From positions 1-53,017 of the forward strand of contig JBFLXN010000001.1 in NCBI GenBank assembly GCA_040755715.1: a stretch of DNA of 53,017 nt, read 5' to 3'. The stretch's first letter is position 1. Each line of letters starts with the position of its first letter. Below the pieces are notes generated by a model that saw only the letters and a program-made list of their open reading frames with translations, did not search any database and was not told the DNA's origin. The stretch is from Candidatus Edwardsbacteria bacterium. Its GTDB lineage: Bacteria > Edwardsbacteria > AC1 > JBFLXN01. The translations under genes and the position numbers were made by a program. Of this stretch, positions 8,718 to 17,095 are shown piece by piece.

Positions 8718-9277
8718 AACAGTTTAATATTTTGGGGATTTTCTTCATCCGAATCCCAATGGTAAGGGTTTTCAAGAATGTATTGACGAATTTTATTCAA
8801 GGATTTTTCATTGCGAATGATATGTTCATAATAATTTCGTGGCCATTGAAAATGAGGATTACGATTATCTTTGCACCAATGGGTAACGGCGGATTTGTAG
8901 GTTCGGATGATAACCGACAATGTTCCCGATTTGGGTGATATTTGGGAATAACGATTTGTAGAACGGGCGTTTGTAGGGGCGTTAAATTTAACGCCCCTAC
9001 AGGCATCTGCAATTATAATTATTCCGTGAATATGGTTTGGCATAATCACGTATTCATCCAAAATAATATTTTGATAATGCACTGGGATTTCCTGCCAAAA
9101 TTTGCCAGCAATCTGGCCTAGGTCTGACAAACGCATTTGTCCCCCCGCTACATCTCCAAACAAACAGCGTCTATTCTCTACGCATATCGTCACATAATAT
9201 GCTCCTTCCTGTGAATAATCGTATGCAGGCAATCTAATGGAACGGCGATGTTTGTTGGGAACAAATGTTGTCATCAT
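8714..9277 (-). CDS. REP-associated tyrosine transposase (RAYT, IS200/IS605-like Y1 HUH)
   Basis: 187 aa. HUH motif MPNHIHGIII and C-terminal Tyr motif NYYEHIIRNE. A GTAG-type REP sits immediately 5'. The stop TGA overlaps the ptb ATG (ATGA). Confidence 0.8.
   Translation of the reverse strand: MMTTFVPNKHRRSIRLPAYDYSQEGAYYVTICVENRRCLFGDVAGGQMRLSDLGQIAGKFWQEIPVHYQNIILDEYVIMPNHIHGIIIIADACRGVKFNAPTNARSTNRYSQISPKSGTLSVIIRTYKSAVTHWCKDNRNPHFQWPRNYYEHIIRNEKSLNKIRQYILENPYHWDSDEENPQNIKLL
8973..9000. repeat. REP-like palindrome inside the RAYT gene
   Basis: GTAGGGGCGTTAAATTTAACGCCCCTAC, with perfect 11-bp arms. Encodes CRGVKFNAPT between the HUH and Tyr motifs. Confidence 0.7.
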
Positions 9278-9295
9278 TTTCCTTTGTAGGGGCGA

Positions 9296-9324
9296 CCCGG
9301 CGGGTCGCCCCTACAAAAAAAGAA
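9296..9324. repeat. REP palindrome (GTAG type)
   Basis: GTAGGGGCGACCCGGCGGGTCGCCCCTAC, 29 nt, about 19 nt upstream of the RAYT start codon. Confidence 0.85.
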
Positions 9325-9486
9325 TTCATATTTCCCGGCCGGCAACGTTCATCATTGCTGACTACCAGCCGCCGCCGGGTTTTTTTGTTCGCCTTGCGTT
9401 CGCAAAGCAGGAATAAAGCCTGTAATTGTCTGGCCCGCCTAACGGCGTTTCCGTAGAAGTGCCGCATCTCGGCATAGCCCGACGAA

Positions 9487-11394
9487 TTATAGGGAAACAC
9501 GAAACCCGATGTCGTTGTTCCTGCCGCCCGGGGTGATGTTGTAGCGATTAGAAACACGCAAGTAGGCCGGATTGAGGCCCCACGAGCCGCCGCGCAGAAG
9601 GCGGAATGACCCAGATGACGGCCCTGCAGGGTTATTGTTAGGAGAACTCCTGTAATAATTTTCATCATACCAATCCGCACACCACTCCCAAACATTGCCC
9701 GCCATATCATAACAACCGTAAGGCGATTTGCCACGGTCATAAGTGCCAACCGGCGAAGTGTATTCGTAGCCATCTCGCTTCCAAACATTGTGGTTTGTTC
9801 CTTCCCCATAATTTGCTCGATAAAAACCACCTGCCTCGGGTTCTTCATTTCCCCAGGGATATTTTCTGCCATCCGTTCCTCTAGCCGCTTTTTCCCATTC
9901 TGCTTCTGTGGGCAATCTTAATCCGGCCCAGTCGCAGTAGGCCTTAGCCTCGTTCCAGCTAACCTTCACCACGGGGTGGTCGTCCCGGTTGTTCCAATTC
10001 GGTTGTTCCGGCATTTTTCTGCCGGTGGCCTTGCAGAACTTCCTAAACTGCCCAACCGTTACCTCGTATTTGCCGATGTAGTATTTGTCCAAATAAACCG
10101 GGTGCACTGGTTTCTCGTCATTGTAATCGTTACTACCCATGGTAAAATTGCCGGCGGGAATTTCTATGAGAACCGAGCCATCCTTTTCGTTCCTAAATTC
10201 CCCTCTATCAAGAGGGGTTAGGGGTGTGTATGACCTCTCCCTTTCTCCCTCTCCTAAGGCTTTAAGAGATTTCAAAATCACATTCTTGACCACGCTTTGC
10301 CCTGCCCCCACGCTTATGCTTATTTCCCCGTCCTGGTAACCTCCTCTTTCAACCCTCACAGAATAATTGCCTGGCGAAAGGCCGGTAACCGAGCAGGGCG
10401 TAGTGCCTTTTTGTGAGCCATCAACATAAACAGTGGCACTACTGGGGGTGCTCGTAATCACTATACTGCCAGGCTGATAAGGAAGGACGGCATTTATTTC
10501 GGTGACTTCATCAGGCGTTGTGGTTACTTCTACTTCATAAGACTCATAGCCTGGTTTTGTCGCTCTTAACTTATGACTGCCAACCAGCAACTGGTTAATG
10601 AGCAACCCTTCTTCTGTTGTCACCCCTCTTGGCACACCGTCAAGAACTATCTCTGCCCCCACAGGTTGGCTGGTAATCCGTAAACTGCCATATTGCTTTA
10701 CTAAAGACGCCGAAATTGTTTTAGTAACATTTTTTGCCACGGTAATTCTTGTTTCATAATTTTTATACCCATCCTTGACTAAAACCAATTGATGCTCACC
10801 CACAACAATTTCCGACAACGCTTGCGGTGTCTCACCAAAGTTCTGTCCATCAAGAAAGACCACCGCTCCGGCTGGGGTAGAATAAACCTTCAGTCCCCCT
10901 GTCTCAGCCTCAGGTAGAGGCGACGGAGCAATGCCCAATCTGATGTGGGGAATAATTCTTAAAACAATTGGTGGAATCAGTTTGTCTAAATCCTCTTCAC
11001 TAACTACCTGTTTTTCTTCCTCAGTATAATCAATACTTCGCCGGTCTACATCTACTACTCGCAGGCTTAAGATATATTTAGTGCCAAGTTTGCCCAGAGA
11101 ACCAATAATCATCTTTTTCACATTTAACATTATTCCGGCTTCGGTGGCACAGCCTGCTTCAGTGCAGCCTGTTTGACGAAATGCCCACTCCTTTAAGATT
11201 TCGTCCATCTTGTTCTTCTCCACCAAGTCAAATTTCTGACTCTTTCTGAATTCGCTGCGCAGTAATTCCGAGATTACCGCCGCGGTGCCCTTTGGTACGT
11301 CTTGGGCCTCCAGGTCTAAAATTGCCAGAGGAATCCGCTGGGCAAAGGCTAAAGCCGGCAAAAAGACAAACAGAAAAAATAATGGTTTACGCAT
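9487..11394 (-). CDS. secreted multidomain protein: CsgG/LpoB-like N-domain, ~4 PEGA domains, C-terminal FGE-sulfatase (SUMF1) domain
   Basis: 635 aa. Signal peptide ends ALAFA-Q. PEGA-like units include GAVVFLDGQNFGETP, GAEIVLDGVPRGVTT and ATVYVDGSQKGTTP. The C-terminus has RLPTEAEWEKAARG...RLLRGGSW, typical of FGE-sulfatase. Confidence 0.75.
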   Translation of the reverse strand: MRKPLFFLFVFLPALAFAQRIPLAILDLEAQDVPKGTAAVISELLRSEFRKSQKFDLVEKNKMDEILKEWAFRQTGCTEAGCATEAGIMLNVKKMIIGSLGKLGTKYILSLRVVDVDRRSIDYTEEEKQVVSEEDLDKLIPPIVLRIIPHIRLGIAPSPLPEAETGGLKVYSTPAGAVVFLDGQNFGETPQALSEIVVGEHQLVLVKDGYKNYETRITVAKNVTKTISASLVKQYGSLRITSQPVGAEIVLDGVPRGVTTEEGLLINQLLVGSHKLRATKPGYESYEVEVTTTPDEVTEINAVLPYQPGSIVITSTPSSATVYVDGSQKGTTPCSVTGLSPGNYSVRVERGGYQDGEISISVGAGQSVVKNVILKSLKALGEGERERSYTPLTPLDRGEFRNEKDGSVLIEIPAGNFTMGSNDYNDEKPVHPVYLDKYYIGKYEVTVGQFRKFCKATGRKMPEQPNWNNRDDHPVVKVSWNEAKAYCDWAGLRLPTEAEWEKAARGTDGRKYPWGNEEPEAGGFYRANYGEGTNHNVWKRDGYEYTSPVGTYDRGKSPYGCYDMAGNVWEWCADWYDENYYRSSPNNNPAGPSSGSFRLLRGGSWGLNPAYLRVSNRYNITPGGRNNDIGFRVSL

Positions 11395-11405
11395 AAAATC
11401 CTCCC

Positions 11406-12248
11406 TTAAGGTTTTAAAACCTCATTCAACAATTTCTTAACCATCTCTTCCAAATTCTCCTTTGCAGAGAGACATCCAGAGACCGTTTTCTTTATCTCTT
11501 TACTCAATGGCTCGGAAAGAGTAAAATCAATACCAATCATTCCGCCAATTTGCGTCAAATTCCCATCTAACTCATAGTCACATTCAAAGGGTGAACCTTG
11601 TTCAGCCTGAATGAAGTCAAATCGACTATTCACTTTTAATTGATTGACAATAAATTCATTTACTTCTGTTAAAACCGTTTCTTTGTTAGTAAATTTCAAA
11701 CCAGCAAAGAAGAGTTTCGGCTTACCTTTTAGTTCAGCCACGAGACTATCAACCTTTGCCGAAATCTCTCCTTCCATTACTTTTGTATAGCCAACCCTGG
11801 AGAAACGAATCAAACCCCTCTTATCAATCAGAAACAGAGTAGGCAGAATACTGACACCATAAATTTTCTCAACTTTCTGATTTGAATCTAAGAGAATAGG
11901 ATAAGTTACTTTCTTTTGCAAAATAATATTTTTTACTAACCCAAGGTTTCTCTTTGAGTCCACGGTTATGCCTAAAATACATAAACCGTTATCTTTATAG
12001 TGTAGATGCAAACTTTCTAGAAAAGGCATCTCCTCTTTACAGGGCTTACACCAGGAAGCCCAAAAGTCAAGCAAGATGATTTTACCTTTCAGCTCTTTTA
12101 ATTCTACCTTTTCATCTATCAAATTGTAAAGAGAAAAATTGGGCGCCTTTTTTCGTAGAGGCACATGGCCATGTGCCTCTAGATGGTAAAAGAAAATATA
12201 AAGCCACAGACTCGCACAGATTAATACAAAATATATAAAATTTTTCAT
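11406..12248 (-). CDS. membrane-anchored thioredoxin-like (TlpA/ResA/redoxin) protein with an extra C-terminal domain
   Basis: WASWCKPCKEEMP is a CxxC redoxin motif. I prefer the start at M42 (MKNFIYFVL..., TM helix), because the upstream 41 codons of the annotated ORF run through REP-like sequence. Confidence 0.7.
   Translation of the reverse strand: MKNFIYFVLICASLWLYIFFYHLEAHGHVPLRKKAPNFSLYNLIDEKVELKELKGKIILLDFWASWCKPCKEEMPFLESLHLHYKDNGLCILGITVDSKRNLGLVKNIILQKKVTYPILLDSNQKVEKIYGVSILPTLFLIDKRGLIRFSRVGYTKVMEGEISAKVDSLVAELKGKPKLFFAGLKFTNKETVLTEVNEFIVNQLKVNSRFDFIQAEQGSPFECDYELDGNLTQIGGMIGIDFTLSEPLSKEIKKTVSGCLSAKENLEEMVKKLLNEVLKP
12156..12181. repeat. perfect 26-nt palindrome, in frame in the thioredoxin-like gene
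   Basis: TAGAGGCACATGG|CCATGTGCCTCTA, preceded by G (GTAG-like). Encodes ...EAHGHVPL... between the TM helix and the redoxin domain. Confidence 0.7.
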
Positions 12249-12384
12249 TGTGAAAATCTCGCCTGCCTGCTGTAAGTGCGGCGGGCCTGCCCGCTTCGTC
12301 TGTCCGCCGTAAGTGTAGCGGGCTTTGGCAGGGGGGTGTATTTTTATAGATAGCATTTTGTTTCCCATCATTTCTTTCTGTTTC

Positions 12385-12412
12385 TTAAGAAAAGGTTCAA
12401 ATTTTTGAACCC
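12385..12412 (-). terminator. possible weak intrinsic terminator after buk
   Basis: Minus strand reads GGTTCAAAAATTTGAACC followed by TTTTCTT. The stem is AT-rich and the loop is very short. Confidence 0.3.
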
Positions 12413-12415
12413 CTA

Positions 12416-13486
12416 CTAATATTCCTTCGCCTTCTCCTCACCCTTAATTACTCGCAATGCACCCAGTGCCAAAGCCTGCATCTCGTCTTCACCTGGATAA
12501 ATCTTCACTGGAGCAATCCAATTTACTCTTTGTCTAATCCAATCTATTAATCTCTTGAAGTTTGCTAATCCACCGGTAATGACAATAGCATCCACTTTTC
12601 CTTTCAAAACAGCCACATAAGCTCCAATTTCCTTAGCAATTTGATAAGCCATTGCTTCTACGATTAAACTTGCTTTCTCATCTCCCTTGTTCACCCTTTC
12701 TTCTATTTCTCGGCAATCGTTAGTTCCCAAGTGAGATATGAACCCACCCTTGCCATTGATTTTCTTTAACATCTCCTTTTCAGTATATTTTCCTGAGTAA
12801 CAAAGTTTTATCAATTCTACTGTTGGCAGCGTTCCGGCTCTTTCCGGAGAGAATGGTCCACCTTCATTGGCATTGTTCACATCTATAAATTTTCCTTTTT
12901 CTACAGGGGCAATAGAAATGCCCCCCCCGAGATGGACAATCACAAGATTTATATTCCTCAATTTTTTCTTTAAATCCTTTGCTCCTCTGATAGCTGTAGC
13001 TCTCATATTTAAAGCATGCAGGAGTGATTTTCGCTCAATTTCGGCTAATCCGGAAATGCGGGCTAAGGGACTAAACTCATCCACTGAGACAGGGTCAACA
13101 ATATAGGCCTCGGCTCCTGATTCATCGGCAATCTCTCTAGCAATAATCGCACCTAAATTTGAAGCATGCTCTCCCCTCTTTGCCTCTCTCAAATCTTTGA
13201 GCATCTCCTCATTCACCCGGTATGTTCCGGCAGAAAGCGGTTTTAACAGCCCCCCCCTTCCAACAACTGCATTTAAATCTTTAGCGGAAATCTTATTTCG
13301 CTTTAAAAATTCTTCTACCGCTTGTTTTCGCATCAAATACTGGTCAGCAATGTGTGAAAAAGAAGAAATCTCCTTCTCCTCGTGTCTGATCGTCTCTTCT
13401 ACTCTCAATTTCTCCCCTTGAAAGAGAGCAACTTTAGTTGAAGTAGAACCAGGATTGATGACTAAAATTAATGGTCGTCTTTTCAT
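12416..13486 (-). CDS. buk: butyrate kinase
   Basis: 356 aa. ILVINPGSTSTK, HLGGGISI and the ASKHA-fold pattern are typical of Buk. Confidence 0.9.
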   Translation of the reverse strand: MKRRPLILVINPGSTSTKVALFQGEKLRVEETIRHEEKEISSFSHIADQYLMRKQAVEEFLKRNKISAKDLNAVVGRGGLLKPLSAGTYRVNEEMLKDLREAKRGEHASNLGAIIAREIADESGAEAYIVDPVSVDEFSPLARISGLAEIERKSLLHALNMRATAIRGAKDLKKKLRNINLVIVHLGGGISIAPVEKGKFIDVNNANEGGPFSPERAGTLPTVELIKLCYSGKYTEKEMLKKINGKGGFISHLGTNDCREIEERVNKGDEKASLIVEAMAYQIAKEIGAYVAVLKGKVDAIVITGGLANFKRLIDWIRQRVNWIAPVKIYPGEDEMQALALGALRVIKGEEKAKEY

Positions 13487-14031
13487 AGATTTGACCTTTG
13501 TTCCGAGGTAGGGGCGACCCGTTGGGTCGCCCCTACTGCCTCCAATTCTACCAATGCTTCGCCGGCATTTATCAGTTTTCCGACAACAGTGTTTACTTTT
13601 CTCACTACGCCTTTGAAAGGTGACTTCAATTCATTTTCCATCTTCATTGCCTCTACAATAACAACCGTCTGATTGTGCTCCACTGTTTCCCCTTCAGAGA
13701 CATTAATTTTTACCACTGTGCCAGGCATAGGAGAGGATACCATTGCTTCTCCCGGGTGCATGGTTGGGGCGACCCGAGGGGTCGCCCCTACCGTTTCTTT
13801 TTCACTAAAATAAAATTCTCTTCCATTCAAATAGACGAATTTCTTCCCTTCATTTTCTATCAAATATGCCACAAAACTTTTGTCTCCAAGAAGTATAGAA
13901 AGACAGTTAGACGATATATAACTGTAATCAACTTTTAACTTTTTGTCTTCAAAGTTGACCAGGTATTTGTTATCTTTACATTCTATAGAAATCTTATATT
14001 CCTTTTCATTACAGATAAATTCAAATTCCAT
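13483..14031 (-). CDS. biotin carboxyl carrier (BT-like N-domain plus biotinyl domain) carrying two in-frame REP insertions
   Basis: 182 aa. Has the biotinylation motif EAMKMENEL. The two REPs translate as VGATPRVAPT and VGATQRVAPT. The stop overlaps the buk ATG. Confidence 0.8.
   Translation of the reverse strand: MEFEFICNEKEYKISIECKDNKYLVNFEDKKLKVDYSYISSNCLSILLGDKSFVAYLIENEGKKFVYLNGREFYFSEKETVGATPRVAPTMHPGEAMVSSPMPGTVVKINVSEGETVEHNQTVVIVEAMKMENELKSPFKGVVRKVNTVVGKLINAGEALVELEAVGATQRVAPTSEQRSNL
13508..13536. repeat. REP palindrome (GTAG type) forming the C-terminal tail of the BCCP
   Basis: GTAGGGGCGACCCGTTGGGTCGCCCCTAC, 29 nt. Confidence 0.85.
13763..13791. repeat. REP palindrome in the BCCP inter-domain linker
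   Basis: GTTGGGGCGACCCGAGGGGTCGCCCCTAC, 29 nt, one arm slightly degenerate. Confidence 0.8.
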
Positions 14032-14061
14032 ATTTTCCCTTTACAAATGAACACACTAATA

Positions 14062-14201
14062 GGTTGATACGGTGATACGATGATATGTTAATAAATTCGC
14101 CTCTGGCGGCGGATTTCGAGATTCGGATTTTTCTCAATGCGATATTCGAATTTCAGATTTATTTCCTTATCAGCATATCAACATATAACCATATCAACAA
14201 C
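14062..14201. repeat. operon-spacer hairpin, word GATAYG/ATATCA, with inner GATTTCG words
   Basis: Arm 14062-14094 matches the reverse complement of 14167-14201 at about 25 of 32 positions. A CCGCC..GGCGG palindrome and GATTTCGAGATTCGG words lie inside. Confidence 0.6.
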
Positions 14202-14223
14202 AAGTGAGTATCTATTTTTAGGT

Positions 14224-15738
14224 TTATACTTCCCACTTACCCACACTCAGCCAGGGATTAAAAATCTCTCTTGAAACTGTCACTCTCTGCTTTCTACCCT
14301 CCATGGCCTTGACATAGGCATCTATTCCAGCAGCAATTAGTGCCTCTTCTAGGAATTCTTTTTCTTCTTCTTTCCAGGAGGAAAAATTTTTTTCAATAAA
14401 ATTTGTTCTGGTTTGGCCATGGACAAAATCAGAATGTTGAATAACGGCACGGAGAAAATTTATTGTTGTTTTGATTCCTAAAATAATGTAATCTGAAAGA
14501 GCAGAGACCATTCTTTGTCGTGCACTTTCGCGGTTTTCTGCCCAGACAATTAATTTAGATAAAATTGGGTCATAATGTGGGCTGACTTCCCAACTGGTGT
14601 AAATCCCTGAATCAACCCTGATACCTAGACCAACTGGTTCTTTCACAAAAAGAATCTTTCCAGGAGACGGAAGAAAATTGTTTTTTGGGTCTTCTGCATA
14701 AATGCGGCATTCAATGGCATGGCCTCTTTGCTTTAATTCATTTTCCTTGATAGAAAGTTTTTCTCCTGCTGCTATTTTAATCTGTTGTTTTACTAAATCA
14801 ACACCTGTGACAGATTCTGTCACGGGGTGTTCTACCTGAATACGGGCGTTTACTTCCAGAAAATAAAAATTGCCGTTTTTGTCCAGGAGAAATTCTACTG
14901 TTCCGGCATTATTGTAATTAGCCGTTTTGATAACCTTAACTGCAGTCTCACCCATCTTCTCGCGCAATTCATCGTTAAGAGCGGTTGAAGGTGATTCTTC
15001 AATAATCTTCTGATGGCGACGTTGAATAGAACATTCTCTTTCAAAGAGGTGAATCGCATTTCCGTAATTATCGGCTAGAACTTGAAATTCTATATGACGG
15101 GGCTCTTCTAAGTATTTTTCCAGATAGACGGAATCATCGCCGAAAGCTGATTTTGCCTCCCGCATTCCTGCCGCTATTGAAGCTTCTAATTCACTCTCAG
15201 AATTAATGAGTCGCATTCCTTTCCCCCCCCCACCACCAGAGGCTTTTAACAATACTGGATAGCCAATTTTCTTCGCCTCTTCTTTAAACTCTGACGAGTC
15301 TTTACTGCTTTTTTTCATTCCAGGGATAATTGGAATCTTTGCTTTAGTCATTGTTTGTCTGGATTCAACCTTATCCCCTACCAGACGAAGAGCTTCTGAA
15401 TTTGGGCCAATGAAGACAATTTTAGCTTCTTCGCAGGCTTTGGCGAAAATATGATTCTCTGCCAGAAACCCGTAGCCGGGGTGAATTGCTTCTGCCTTGA
15501 ATTTTTTAGTTGTATCAATAATCTTATCAATATTTAGATAACTTTCTAGCGGTGGCGGTGGACCAATACAAACTGCTTCATCAGCCATTTGAACATGAAG
15601 CGAGCTTCTATCTGCGGTAGAATAGAGTGCTACTGTAGGAATACTCATTTCGCGGCAGGCTCGTATAATTCTAACCGCAATTTCACCACGATTGGCAATA
15701 AGAATTTTTTTAAACACTGCGGTTTCTATTCGCACCAC
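14224..15738 (-). CDS. biotin carboxylase subunit of an acyl-CoA carboxylase (probably the methylcrotonyl-CoA carboxylase alpha-equivalent)
   Basis: 504 aa. KILIANRGEIAVRIIRA, GGGGKGMR and the ATP-grasp pattern. No fused BCCP domain. Confidence 0.9.
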   Translation of the reverse strand: MVRIETAVFKKILIANRGEIAVRIIRACREMSIPTVALYSTADRSSLHVQMADEAVCIGPPPPLESYLNIDKIIDTTKKFKAEAIHPGYGFLAENHIFAKACEEAKIVFIGPNSEALRLVGDKVESRQTMTKAKIPIIPGMKKSSKDSSEFKEEAKKIGYPVLLKASGGGGGKGMRLINSESELEASIAAGMREAKSAFGDDSVYLEKYLEEPRHIEFQVLADNYGNAIHLFERECSIQRRHQKIIEESPSTALNDELREKMGETAVKVIKTANYNNAGTVEFLLDKNGNFYFLEVNARIQVEHPVTESVTGVDLVKQQIKIAAGEKLSIKENELKQRGHAIECRIYAEDPKNNFLPSPGKILFVKEPVGLGIRVDSGIYTSWEVSPHYDPILSKLIVWAENRESARQRMVSALSDYIILGIKTTINFLRAVIQHSDFVHGQTRTNFIEKNFSSWKEEEKEFLEEALIAAGIDAYVKAMEGRKQRVTVSREIFNPWLSVGKWEV

Positions 15739-16520
15739 TTTGGTTTTCTCTTTTCCAAAAATGCGGTCATTCCTTCCTGGCCTTCATCACTCATTCTCAA
15801 ACCTGCAATTACCTCTGCCGTATATTTTTTTACTTCTTCAAAGTTCATTGCCGGAACTTTCTTCAATAATTCCTTGCAGGTAGCCAAAGCTTCTGGACCG
15901 CTGGACAAGAGTTGATTCACCATCTCATTTACGGACTCATCAAGTTTCTCTAAAGGTATCACCTGATTTATCAATCCAGCTTCCAGTGCCTTCTCTGCTG
16001 AAAGTCTCTCACCAGTGAGAAAAAATTCTCTACATCGTCCTTCTCCAATGCGTCTAATTACATAAGGAGAAATACAGGCTGGCACTACCCCTATTTTTAC
16101 TTCACTAAAACTGAACTGGGCATTACTAGCAGCAATAGCCATATCACATACCGCTACAAAGCCTGTTCCTCCACCGATAGCCGCACCATTAACTCTGGCA
16201 ATGGTTGGCTTTGGTAAAGAATAAATAGTATAAAATAATTCGGCTAAATTTAAAGATTCCTTTAAATTTTCTTCAAAGGTATAGTCTTTTACACGGCGCA
16301 TCCAGTTCAAATCGGCACCGGCACAAAATGATTTCCCTTCACCTGTCAGAATAACTAAGCGAATGTCTTTATTATCAGTTATATGATGAAAAGTTTCTAA
16401 AAGTTCATTAATCATTACATCGTTAAAGGCATTGTGAACTTCAGGTCTATGGAGAATAACTTTTGCTATCGGGATTTCTAAAAGCAGAAGAATTGTTTGA
16501 AACTCTTTTTTATTTCTCAT
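15726..16520 (-). CDS. enoyl-CoA hydratase/isomerase family protein, candidate methylglutaconyl-CoA hydratase
   Basis: 264 aa crotonase fold (FCAGADL, GGG...). The specific assignment rests only on its position between MCC-beta and BC/BCCP. Confidence 0.6.
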   Translation of the reverse strand: MRNKKEFQTILLLLEIPIAKVILHRPEVHNAFNDVMINELLETFHHITDNKDIRLVILTGEGKSFCAGADLNWMRRVKDYTFEENLKESLNLAELFYTIYSLPKPTIARVNGAAIGGGTGFVAVCDMAIAASNAQFSFSEVKIGVVPACISPYVIRRIGEGRCREFFLTGERLSAEKALEAGLINQVIPLEKLDESVNEMVNQLLSSGPEALATCKELLKKVPAMNFEEVKKYTAEVIAGLRMSDEGQEGMTAFLEKRKPKWCE

Positions 16521-17095
16521 AGTATTTTGTCATAAAAATAAGGGTTGGATTGATTACAGCGATTAACTAAAAAGATTTTTGAAAAAATTATTTTCTTTTG
16601 AAGGAAATCTATAATTTTTACCTCTGTTCTTTTACGATTGCATTCCAAAATAGCGTATGAAGGTGGAAAGCCTTTCTTATCTTCCTTTTTTAGATGTCCC
16701 GGGTTCACCCATAAGACCCCTTCTTCCTCTTTAAGCTCTGGCTTGTGTGTATGGCCGTAGAGTATAACATCTACTTCTCTATTTTTTACGACTTCTTCTG
16801 GTTTAATATCCGAGGGGAAATCATTGGGGTGAGAAGTTGGAGAATGGGTGAGGAGAAAGCGCAAGCCTTCAAATTCCTTGATAACTCTATGCGGTAGGTT
16901 TGATTCAACATAGATAGGTTCATAGACACCGGGAATCTCAATCCATTCAACTGAAGGCTCTTTCAATCCCTCCAAATCGGTTATATCGTCTCCTAAATGA
17001 ATAAATATTTCAACACCTTCCTGATGAAATTTATCTATAACTTTTTTCAGATATTCAATATTACCGTGCGTATCACTAACTACACCAATCTTCAT
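16517..17095 (-). CDS. YfcE-like metallophosphoesterase
   Basis: 192 aa with MKIGVVSDTHGN, GD..D and GHTH motifs. Confidence 0.7.
   Translation of the reverse strand: MKIGVVSDTHGNIEYLKKVIDKFHQEGVEIFIHLGDDITDLEGLKEPSVEWIEIPGVYEPIYVESNLPHRVIKEFEGLRFLLTHSPTSHPNDFPSDIKPEEVVKNREVDVILYGHTHKPELKEEEGVLWVNPGHLKKEDKKGFPPSYAILECNRKRTEVKIIDFLQKKIIFSKIFLVNRCNQSNPYFYDKIL

Noticed and set aside
9234-9872. A 212-aa ORF on the minus strand overlapping the 3' part of the PEGA/FGE gene and the REP.
   Set aside because: It lies in another frame of a gene with clear FGE-sulfatase motifs. Its sequence is Arg/Ala/Thr-rich and low in complexity, and it runs through the REP (VGATRRVAPT). It is an artefact of the locally GC-rich composition.
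12249-12371. The N-terminal 41 codons of ORF 11406-12371 (MMGNKMLSIKIHPPAKARYTYGGQTKRAGPPHLQQAGEIFT).
   Set aside because: The segment is encoded by REP-like GC-rich palindromic sequence. A start at 12248 gives a normal TM-anchored thioredoxin-like protein. By the same logic I trimmed 30630-30707, 42495-42530 and 50298-50330, where there are better RBS sites and native-looking N-termini.
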